Shown here piece after piece: positions 14,435-24,995 of a stretch of 64,000 nucleotides of DNA. Position numbers and translations under genes: made by a program. The DNA comes from Vicugna vicugna (taxonomy: Eukaryota). Positions within the stretch are counted from its first letter, which is position 1, and each line of letters opens with the position of its first letter. The DNA lies in assembly GCA_013265495.1 (NCBI GenBank), contig MU058289.1, positions 2,603,451-2,667,450 of the forward strand. The letters are read 5' to 3'. Under the pieces are notes generated by a model. It was not told the origin of the DNA. It was given only the letters and a program-made list of their open reading frames with translations, and made no database searches.

Positions 14435-15689
14435 TCAGCGTTCCTGTCTGGACAGTAACTCAGCCTGAAACTACTGTAGCTAAGATCCTGGACACCTGAC
14501 AAAAGCCAGCAGGGGAGAATTCTTACCGTGTCAGTCAGTCTCCCGGATCTCTGCCCCAGGATCCGCTGGAAAAGAGAGTGTTAAGAGTCTCTTATCTCTC
14601 TTCTGGAATTAGATTCGCAGGAGAAAACATTCGTGGACCTAGTTCCTTGAACTCAGCAACTCTTGGGAAATTTGGAAGGGTATTCATGGTGTGTTGACCC
14701 TTTTCCTCCCAGCGATGGTCCCTGTTTTTCTTTGTGTTCTGCCTTTTGTGTCCTTCGTCATAAGCAGGAAAACTATTGGTCTGATCAGGTTCTCCTTTTG
14801 TCTTGCTCTGTGTCTTGAGAGCTTGGCTTGTCGACCAGTGAGAAAACGCTCCCTGGTCTCTGCCATCCGGGAGGTGCGCATAATGGTGCGCTTTTGCCAA
14901 GACTCTGAGAGGTCTCTTCCCTTGGCTGTGCTCTCAGGGGAGTTTGTCAGAAGGGGTCCCAGTCCATAAGAGGCCTTTGTCATCTCCAGCTTCCTTGCTT
15001 TGTTAGTGCTGGAAGCACACCACCCTTACCACCTGTGCAACAAAGGTCTTTGCTTTCTTAGACTATTTTCGGGTATAAGTTTTCTGGATCTTGTGAGGGC
15101 TGAATCCTTTGCATTCTCTTGTGGGGCACCTCTTCACCCATGGTCAAGTCATAACAAGGCTTCCTGGTTTGAGCCACTGTTAAGATCCTACTCATTAGTG
15201 GCCACACAATGGATCCTTTGAATTGGAAAAACTTAGAAATTGGTAAATTTTTAAAAGACCTCATCATAAACAGCTGTTTTATTGGTACCTATGGAAAGAC
15301 CAAATTAAAAGTTGGAAACAAAGAAATATAATGGTTTACCTTAAGAACTCCCTGAATGAGAAAAAAAAAAAATTGGGAAGCCCTGTTCGGGGTTTGGTCT
15401 GGGCGAACCGTTATGGATCTTACAAGACGCTAATTAAAATTTAGGTTAATTAAGAGAATGGGAAGAAGCCAAGGAAAAAGTCAAAGAGACTCATCCCAAC
15501 AAGGTGGAAATTTTTTTAAGAGTTGTTAAGAAATAAGGTAAATAAAGCAAATATTAAAAGTGGTAGAATAAAGAGGAATCAGAAAGGGAAGAGTTGCAGG
15601 ACTTGTGCTAGCAGGATGAAAATCTTTAGATGGTTATTTAAAAATGGGATAAATAAAACAGACATTGATGGGATTAAAACAAAGGTTTT

Positions 15690-16972
15690 ATTTTATTATC
15701 TATTTGTTTATTTATTTGTTTGTTTAAAGTATAGTCAATTACAATGTGTCCATTTCTGGTGTACAGCACAATGTCCCAGTCATGCATATACATACATGGA
15801 TTCATTTTCATATCTTTTTCATCAAAGGTTGTTACAAGATATTGAACATAGTTCCCTGTGCTATAGAGAAGAAACTTTTTTAAATCTATTTTTATATATA
15901 GTGGCTAACATTTGTAAATCTTCATCTCCCAAATTTATCCCTTCCCACCCCCTCTCCCCAGTAACTCTTAAGATTGTTTACTATATGTGTGAGTCTGTTT
16001 CTTTTTTGTAGATGAGTTTATTAGTGTCCTTTTTTTTTTGGATTCTGCATATGAGTGTATCATATGGTATTTTTCTTTCTCTTTCTGGCTTACTTCACTT
16101 AGAATAACGATTTCTAGGTCCATCCATGTTGCTGGAAATGGCATTATTTTATTATGTTTTATGGCTGAGTAGTATTCCATTGTATAAATACACCACAACT
16201 TCTTTATCCAGCCATCTGCTGATGGACATTTAGGTTGCTTCTACATCTTGGCTATTGTATATAGTGCTGCTATGAACATCGGGGTGCATGTATCTTTCCA
16301 AATTAGAGTTCCCTCCAGATATATACCCAGAAGTGGGATTGCTGGATATATGGTAAGTCTATTTTTAGTTTTTTGAGAAATCTCCATACTATTTTCCATA
16401 ATGTCTTCACCAAACTACATTCCCACCAACAGTGTAGGAGGGTTCCCTTTTCTCCACACCCTCTCCAGCATTTATTGTTCATGGACTTTTGAATAATGGC
16501 CATTCTGACTGGTGTGAGGTGATACCTCATTGTAGTTTTGATTTGAATTTCTCTGATAATTAGTGGTATTGAGCATTTTTTCATGTGCCTGTTGGCCATT
16601 TGTCTTCATTGGAGAATTACTTGTTTAGGTCCTCTGTCCATTTTTGGATTGGGTTGTTTGGTTTTTTTGTTATTAAGTTGTACAAGCTGTTTTATATATT
16701 CTGGAAATTAAGCCTCTGTCAGTCACATCATTTGCAAATATTTTCTCCCATTCTGTAGATTGTCGTTTTGCTTTGCTTATAGTTTCCTTTCCTGTGCAAA
16801 AGCTTACAAGTTTAATTAGGTCCCATTTGTAAATAAACAATAATTGCTCTTATTTCTATTGCCTGGGTAGACTGCCCTAGGAGAACATTGCTAAGATTTA
16901 TGTCAGAGAATGTTTTGCCCATGTTCTCTTCTGGGAGATTTATCGTGTCTTGTCTTATATTTAAGTCTTTAC
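15690..16972 (-). mobile_element. 5'-truncated L1 (ORF2 C-terminus and 3' UTR) nested in the ERV
   Basis: ORF2 peptides [10 protein letters not shown]...[13 protein letters not shown]...[18 protein letters not shown] and MEYYSAIK. T-rich tail at 15690. TSD aaaacaaagg(t/g)ttt at 15676-15689 and 16973-16986. Confidence 0.93.
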
Positions 16973-17910
16973 AAAACAAAGGGTTTAAAACAGCACTGCC
17001 TAAGGCTGGATGAGCCAAAAGGACTCCTTTAATGTTGGTCCCCCAACATTAAAGGACCCCAAACAAGTCTGCTGTATTTACCCCAGTTTGGTGAAATTTT
17101 AAAAGCCAGAAGGAAAAAATTACAGTGAGAAACCTAACCAGCAATTGCTTGAGGCAACAGTTAAGCCAATTAAATTAAAAATTGAGAAAGGACCTGGGTC
17201 CCTTGGCTCCATCCCTCCCTGGGGAATGAAAGCCTTTTACACAAATGTGAGTAAAACGACTATGCGATGGAGAGAAGTTTCCAGTTTCCCTTGATGCAGG
17301 AGTCCCACAGCTGTGGTACCAAGGCCTGCTGGTGGAAACCTGACTTTGACTACATTTAGACTGAGAAAATGTAAAAATGCAAGGGTTGAAAGGATTATTA
17401 AGGTGGGAATGTTTGAGTGGATGTTATGTGAAGAGGTTATACCGAACTGCCTAAATGTTTTATGGGAATGGATGTTCTGGCTGGCTGGGAACACTTCCCC
17501 TACCTAGTATTGTAAGACCAAGACTTGTTGATGGGGTTCTGGTGGAAACTGTGGTTAGCGGTATTAGAGGTGATGGAATTGAGGTGACAGTTTGTAAGAG
17601 AATTAGTGTATCTGAACAGGCAGTGTGTAAGGTGTTTGGGTCTCCTTTGCCTGAATGTATTGTGAGGAAGGACATTGTGTCTCACTGGAGAATGTTTCCC
17701 CTGCCGAATGTTGTAAGATAAGGCATGTAAATCCACCCTTCAGGCAGTTAATCGAACAAAGGAAACCTATAGAGTTGCCTGAACGCACACAGTGTGAGGT
17801 GGAAGCTAGTGACTATTTCAATATGATAATTTTTCTACCTCTGAATGGTATTACCAAAACTAACTCGTAAAAGAGCTCTATTTAATTTAGGCTTAAAAGT
17901 AAATGCTTAT

Positions 17911-18010
17911 CTATTCTACAATTTTGAAATCCCGTCTATCGCTTCCCACCCTCCACCCCCTTGGCAACCTGATTACAAATCAATAAAAAATGTTAAAAAA
18001 AATTTTTTTA
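17911..18010. mobile_element. 100-bp L1 3'-end insertion with 5' inversion
   Basis: Perfect 16-bp TSD AAAAGTAAATGCTTAT at 17895-17910 and 18011-18026. Antisense L1 3' UTR-like piece, then sense AATAAA and A-rich tail. Confidence 0.75.
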
Positions 18011-20849
18011 AAAAGTAAATGCTTATGAATTTCAAATAATTCTAAATCTCAGACGTATAATAGAAAGTAACCCAAATGTTTTTCAAGTTCATATGATCTA
18101 AGATTAACCTTTAGTAAATAAAAACAAATTTAAAGTTATTGGTTTAATTAAAATAGGCATGTCTTTAGCTTTATCAGTATTAAATGTAAAACTTTTATTC
18201 TACCTAGGTTTACCAAAAGTCAAATAAGTTCATGTTATCTCTGTTACAAAATTTGTCAGCAAGAAAAATAGCCTGGTTGACTTTGTCTAATGTCTCACGA
18301 CGTTTTCATAGATAATCTTCACGTAATTATTGGCAACAAATGACTTTGATGGATGTGAATGAGATAAAACTTAAAGTTAGCTTACAAAATCTTTTGGTAA
18401 CTAAAAACTAGAGTTTTGCTAAGTTAAATGATGGGAATTCACTGAATGTATAGATAATTTCCAAATAAGATAAAATACTGAGACATTACTTGCTAAATAA
18501 GTATACCTACTTTTGTCTTATTATAGAAAAACTAAAGATGTTTGGGTCCATTAGAAACATATCTTGTACCACACTGAAAAAAAATTACACTATGAGGAAA
18601 TATGTTTCTAGAAACTATAAAATGTATTCATAAGTTTGCCAATCAAAAAAATACTGGTATAGCAAACAGTTCATAATTGCTTCCTTTTTAGCTTTCACTA
18701 GAAATGAAGGTTTCTAAGGGTTAATAATTCTAATTATTATATGTAACTAAAACCACTAAAACTAATTCTAATTTTTATATGTAACTAAAACTATGAAAAT
18801 AAATAGGAAAAATATCTTCATATGCAAGAAAAATTTTTAAGAGTATAAGGAATGGAAATGCATATTGTGAAGGGAAAAGAAAGTAATTTTGTCCTAGAGA
18901 GGTCTTAAAAAAAAGAGAGGGAAAGCTTGGGACAAACTCTGAATGTAAAAAAGGAAGTTATAGAAGGTTTATGGGAAAGGAACTCTGAGAAGTTTTGTGC
19001 ATGGTCAGGACTGGTTGACTTGGATTAGAATGAATTTAATTGAGCAAATAAATTTTAATATTGAAAGTAAGCTGGGGTAAAAGTAGAATTTGGTTTTGTT
19101 TCTCTGTTAGAAAGATAAAAGTCTGCTAATGATAAGGAAGTTGTAAAAGGTTTTTCTTTACCTCTAAGTAATCTGTCTAAAAAGCAGAGATTTTATTTTA
19201 TTAAAATAATTTCTTGTGTGTGTGTTTTAATCAGGTCTTTGATTACTTAAACTGGGTCTTTTTTAATATTATAAGGGTTAAGTTTTTTTTTTAAGAACTA
19301 TTTAATTTTCTGTATGTGTCTGTGAACTCTGTCATTTTGATTAAGTGAATAAGTATTATTTCACAGTGACCTGATTTGACCAAGTGTTTTAAAACCTTCT
19401 GATATCTTTGATAAACTTCCTCAAATCAAATTCTAAGTGAAGTCATTTTGACCTCTATTGAACTTTGGGATTTTTCAGAGGGCCCCTTAAACATCTCAAT
19501 GGTTAGTTAAGATTAAACTAACTAGAGTTAACTGGCATAATACATTACATGGAAGACATTGTCAAATAAATGATGATAAATCTTCTTAAGATATATTGCA
19601 TGACTGAAGAATGTTATTAACATAAGTGTTCTAAAAATTATATGAAATTCAAAAAAATCTGATGTGTCCTGATAAAATGCTATCAGTCGTAATTCTAGCT
19701 GTTATTTCAAAATGTTGTATGTCATAGAAATAACAACATTTCCTTGTCAACTGCATCGTAGTCAGGTCTCTAACCATACCGTTTTGTCTTTTTGTCATTT
19801 ATAGACAGTTATTATTTTACGTTGATGCTTTTGCAAAACTGCTTCACCTTCAAGAAGATTTATAGAAAGGACTTTTTGACAAATACAGGTTTATGATAAT
19901 TTTCAGATTATACCACTGAACTGGGTAATATTACAGAACTCTGATGGAAATCTGATGACTTCGTAACACTGCTAACAAATGATCTAGATTAACAAGAATT
20001 AATTACATAGGACTGAATGAGCTGAGGAATATGATTATAATTTTTATGGTTTAATGGTCTGAAATATTACTGGCTTTTTAATGTTTGTTTTCCAGATTAA
20101 GAAAACCATTACTCTTATGCTAACTATGAATCACAGCAATTTGGTGAGTTCCACCTTTGTAAGCAGAATTGAAACATTTATCTTTCTCCATGCCTGATCC
20201 CTCCAGAATTTGGAAACCCTTAGAAGGCATCCTTATTTCCATGGCAATATAATTATTTCTATAAATTCACTAAGAATCTGTTCTCTTTGTAACAGGGCAC
20301 AATTATAGAGACATTAATTATATTACCAATACTTTGACTGGACTGTCACATTTGAGAATTGCATAGAATCAGATATAACCAGACAATTTTAAGGAACTAA
20401 GATTGACAATGGAGCCGTAAATCTCCTTGGAAAAATACCCTGGTTCCCTGCTTACACGGTTCTCAGCAGTCTTACCAGGTGGGTAAGGAAAGTCACTTTC
20501 TGGCAGGCAGAGGAACCTCAGGATATTTGGGGGACCTTCAAGAAGAGAAGAATTCATTCAAAGCTGTAGCTGTTATGGGCGAGTCCGATGGCAAGTCCTT
20601 GACATAGCTTCTTATCCTCAAGAAGCTATTAAAAGTTCTGGATTCTGGAGATTCCTATGAAAAGTTCCAGCAAAGCAGATTTAAAATAGGTCAATTGCTA
20701 TCCTTGCTGAACTTAAATAAGTAATCAGGCCAAAAGTAATAAAACTAAAATTATTTTGCAAACAAATTAGTGTGAATTTGGCTATCTTTGGTAGAAATGA
20801 AGATGATTTTAGAGAAAAAAATTATATTTTAATTAGAAACTATAATATC

Positions 20850-21826
20850 CAATGAAGAACACACACAACTCAATAGCAAAAAAAATCATCTGATTAAAAA
20901 ATAGGCAGAGGAATCTGAATAGATATTTTTTCAAAGAAGACATACAGATGACAACAGGTACATGGAAAGATGCTTGGCAACACTAATCATCAGGGAAGAG
21001 CAAAATCACGAGATGCCATCTAACACCTGTCAGAATGGATGTAATCAAAAAGACTAGAATTAATAAGTGTTTTCAAGGATATGGAGAAAAAAGAATACTT
21101 GTGTGCTATTATTGGTGGGATGTACATTGGTACAGCCACTATGGAATAGAAGAACTACCATATGATCTAGAAATTCCACTTCTGGGTAAAAACACTAAAT
21201 TGAAAAGCTATCTGCACCCCCATGTTCAATGCAGCATTATTTATAATGGCCAAGATGTGGAAACAACCAAAGTGTCTATCAATGGATGAATGGATGAAGA
21301 AGATGTGAGACATATATAATGGAATATTATTCAGCCATAAAAAGAAGGAAAAATCTTTCCATTTGTGACAACATGGTTGGATGTGAAATAAAAGAGTCAC
21401 AGGAAAACAAATATGAATGCTCTCTCTTGCATCTGTGATCAAAAAAAAAAGATCCCAAAGACAAAAAATTAAGAAAAAGAAACTCGTAGAGACAGAGAAC
21501 AACAGATTGGTGGTTGCCACAGGTGAGGGATGGGCAAAATGGGTGAAGGTGGTCAAAAAGGTACAACTTTCAGTTATAAAATAAATAAGTCTTAGAGAGG
21601 TAATATACTGCATGGCAACTATAGTTAATAATACTGTATTGTTTGAGAGTTGCTAAGAGAGTAGATCTTAAAAGTTCTCATCACAAGAAAAAAAATTTGT
21701 AACTGTGTGTGGTGAGAGGTGTTCACTAGATTTATTGTGGTGATTATTTTGCAGTATGTACAAATATCAAATCATTTTATTGTACACCTGAAACCAATAT
21801 AGTGCTATATGTCAATTATGTCAAAA
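20850..21826 (+). mobile_element. L1 3' fragment (L1MA-like, ORF2 end and 3' UTR)
   Basis: aaagaagacatacagatg, atggaatattattcagccataaaaagaa and tgtacacctgaaaccaatata are typical L1 3'-end motifs. Confidence 0.85.
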
Positions 21827-22021
21827 ACTGATGGACAAAGTTCTGAAGTAGAATTGCACTATTCCAATAGCTCTTGTATATATACATACAGATTGTTCCC
21901 CAGATAAGAGTTTTTAAATTGTGCTTTCCTTGCTAATTGTTTTACAGTTAGACTGTAAAAGACTTTGCACATTCCATTCACTCATTATGAGTCCTCCTGG
22001 TTGGAATTCAGGCAGGTAAGA

Positions 22022-22492
22022 GAACACATCTTCAAACGGCAAGCATCTTTGCAACTGGAAAAAGCACAGTTTGAAAGTGAAGGTCAAGATCTTAAGCAGA
22101 AACTTAAGAAATAATGGAGTTGTCTGAAAAAAAGAAAGAAAGAAAGAAACGTCCTAGGAAATTAACTGTAAGACGGAATTGACTGCAATGAGGTAAAACT
22201 TCGGGCATGTGGTGGAAAAGCAGGATATACAACGAGCCAAAGGTCTTGAAGAAATGGGGGAAAATTTGTGTTACTAAGACAAATCCGCATTATTTTTCTT
22301 GAGGAGGAGGGCACAGGAAAAACCTTGAGATAATTGGTTGAGCACTCACTCTGCTGGGGAACAAAACAAAAACAACAGCTTTAAGAAGAGAAACGTTTGT
22401 CATGGACCGAAAATGAACTGAAGCAGATTTCTGACGCTCAACAAGGATCCTCATGCCCAGATGTTCCAAAGGCAGCACTTGGCAGAGGCCCA
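22022..22492 (+). pseudogene. Decayed processed pseudogene fragment of MIA2/cTAGE5 (second coiled coil to start of the proline-rich region)
   Basis: Frame-shifted peptides QASLQLEKAQFESEGQDLKQKLK, RKLTV, RAKGLEE, DNWL, LRRE and DVPKAALGRG are colinear with recalled cTAGE5 QASLQSENTHFENENQKLQQKLK, RKLTV, RAKDLEE, DNWL, LRKE and DVPNTAFGR. No introns; stops and frameshifts present. Confidence 0.8.
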
Positions 22493-24124
22493 AGAAGACC
22501 AGAGGCTCCTTTGCATGAACAGAGCATGGAAACCCAATGCATCACCTTCTGTAGCCCTCAGAGTTCTGTGAAGGGGGTATGCCCGTACTGGCCCATTTTA
22601 CAGATGCTTGGAGAGAGCCTGAGTAACCCTGAGGCTGTGTGACTGGTGTGGGCTCAGCAGGGCCTTCCCCCTCACCACCACACACTGCCCCACCCTGCTG
22701 TCCTCAGGGATTTCCATTAGAACATCAGCCCACTGGGGCGACCTTGACCCAGGGAGCATTTTGTAGGGCCCTGCAAGTTCAGATGGGCCTGGCACTACCT
22801 CTGAGTGTTGCAGTGTTGACAAATACCTTAGGGGTGACTCAGACAAGCCTGTGTGCAGGTCCTGTCTGGGGTGCCATGTCCTGCCCTGGCCTCTGGCCTC
22901 CACACTCCGGAGAGACAGCCCACGAGTGAGCACTTTGCTCAGGTTCTGGCTCCAGTGGGCGAGAGGAGCAGGTGCCCTGATGAGGAGGCGTGGCCCCACT
23001 AAGGGGTCAGGTAACAGACTTCAACATCAGGACCCTGACTCTGGGACAGCAAAGGTCCTCTACATTCTCCAGAAGGCTGTAAGAGATGACCCCAAGAAAG
23101 CTATGCTCCTCTCACATCTGCCTGCCCCAACGTGCTCCCAAAGTGACCCTCAGTGACTCACCAGCTCTGTCTGGTGACCTTCGGTCTCAACCGGATATCT
23201 GGGATGCTGTTAAATCTACCCCAGTGCAAAACTGCTGGAGGAGGCAGGCAATAAAGCAACAGTGCTTCAGGCTGGGTGGGCTCTTCTGTCCCAGGCCTTG
23301 ATCTGAGATTAAGGATTAGAGCAGCCAGGAGGTGGCCTTGGTGGGGAGGGGTGGGTCTGCCCCCACCCTCACATCTGAGCGCAACTGCAGCCCCTCTGCT
23401 CCACCTCTGACAGGAGAGGTCTCCAGAGCCCCCTCTGAGGGGCTTCCTCCCCTCTGGGGGCTGTTTCCCCATCAGGTAAGTGACAGTGCGGAACTGATGG
23501 TGTTTGTGCCCCTTTTCACTCTACAGTCCGACCAGCACGGGCCTGGGCCACGTGAGCAGCAACAGCAGCAAGTCAAAGGGGCAGGTGGCCAGGGCTGCAG
23601 GTGCGGATGGAGCGGGGCTGTGTGCGGGCCTCGCTGCTGGGTCTCCATCTGCCAAATTGTCTGGGTCCAGGCGGTGCCAAAACCCAGTCACTGGCAATGG
23701 TGAGTGGGAAGGATTCACTCACCATCCCACAGACTTGGTCAGAAGCAGGTGGAAGGCGGACCAAGGACCCTGGAGGAAATTGCTCAGTGGGGAGTGAAAT
23801 GTCCGCCCTGACCCGCAAGTTCCACGTGCAGTTAGTTTCCATGCACAGCGGTTCCTGGTTATGCTGCCTGCCAGGAGTTGTAAATAGAGCCTATTAAGAT
23901 AATAAAAGAGGAGATTTCGAAGTTTGTCTCCTGTGGTTCCAGTCTTGAGAGAGAGATTTCTCCTTCCAGGAGACAGCTGATTGTGGGAGGAATCTGGTTA
24001 ATTTAAAGACAAACTGATCTGAACACAAATGAACAAAACAAAAATATTTGGGAGAGAAACTGGCTTGCCCGACCCTCCCCTTTTTGTGTGGTGTATCCAA
24101 GCTTCATTGCTTTAAAAGAAAGGT

Positions 24125-24156
24125 GTTTAATAATTACCTTCGTTGACCTCTGTACC
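24125..24156. promoter_or_regulatory. HNF1-like palindrome and adjacent DR1 (HNF4/RXR-type) element in the putative SLC7A9 promoter
   Basis: gtttaataattacc (24125-24138) is close to GTTAATNATTAAC. tgacctctgtacc (24144-24156) reads GGTACA-G-AGGTCA on the minus strand. Confidence 0.55.
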
Positions 24157-24199
24157 TTCTGGCTTCCTCCTCTCCTGGGCATGAGACATGGCCATTCCT

Positions 24200-24273
24200 A
24201 GGGCGTGACTGTGCAGAGGCAGGTGGTCAGCCGCACCGGGCAGCTCCCTGCGCTCTGCGAGTTCAAAGAGGAG
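24200..24273 (+). other. SLC7A9: Probable non-coding exon 1 of SLC7A9 (5' boundary approximate)
   Basis: Strong donor GAG|gtaagg at 24273/24274, just downstream of HNF1-like and DR1 motifs and about 630 bp upstream of the ATG. The TSS cannot be fixed from sequence. Confidence 0.5.
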
Positions 24274-24908
24274 GTAAGGCCTCTGGGTGACGGGAAGGCT
24301 GGACACTCTCCCGGCCAGGGACCCTAGCGGGACTTGATTTGGAGGAAGGGCACAGGAAAAGACCGCTACCTAGTTCATCCTTGAACTGGTTTTCCTCAGC
24401 AATGCTGTTCATTCTTTGCATCACTCAATGAAAAGAATATCAATATCATGAATCCACTGTGTGCGAGGTGACTTCACCCTGGGAAGTAATTCTGAGAAAA
24501 ACCTTCCTGCCTCGGGCTTGATTCCACTAAGTATATCCCAGTATGTTTTAATGTAGTTCTTTTTACTTTTGGAAAAAAAAAAGTAGAGGTAGAATGACTT
24601 TCAGGTGTGTCATTGCTGAGGCTTAGGAGACAGAGGGCAGGTGTGGGAGGGCGGGGTGGGGGAGCCCAGGGTCTCATGGGGCAGGTCGGAAAAGAGCTGA
24701 GAAGCCCGGCTGCCCAGGGCCTGAACGGCTGTCAAAATTTTGCTGAGACTGAGCAAAAGTGCAATTGACAGCTGCACTTTCCCCAAACAGTAGCTAATCA
24801 TCTGTCCACAAAGGCAGCGCCCGCTGAGCCACAGGTGCCTCTGCTGGAGCACTTGCCGAGTGGACGCCCGTGCCCTCCTTGCAGCCTCCAGGACTGGCAG
24901 GAGGGGAA

Positions 24909-24995
24909 ATGGAGGAGGCCAACCTGAGAAAGAGGAGAGAGGAGGAGAAGTCGATGCAGAGCAACGAACCCAAGACCACAAATCTCCAAAAGGAG
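24909..24995 (+). CDS. SLC7A9: SLC7A9 coding exon 1 (gene exon 2)
   Basis: gaaATGg start, MEEANLRKRREEEKSMQSNEPKTTNLQKE, donor |gtaagg. Likely acceptor cag at 24788-24790. Confidence 0.95.

Larger units (their letters stand above)
14415..20848 (+). mobile_element. ERV internal region, non-autonomous, with gag/pro remnants and an AT-rich MER4-group-like tail; no 3' LTR found; interrupted by two L1 insertions
   Basis: Follows the LTR and PBS. Remnant peptides IFRWLFKNGINKTDIDGIKTKVL, LDAG...MGMDVLAGW and SPLPECIVRKDIVSHW. End boundary approximate. Confidence 0.7.
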
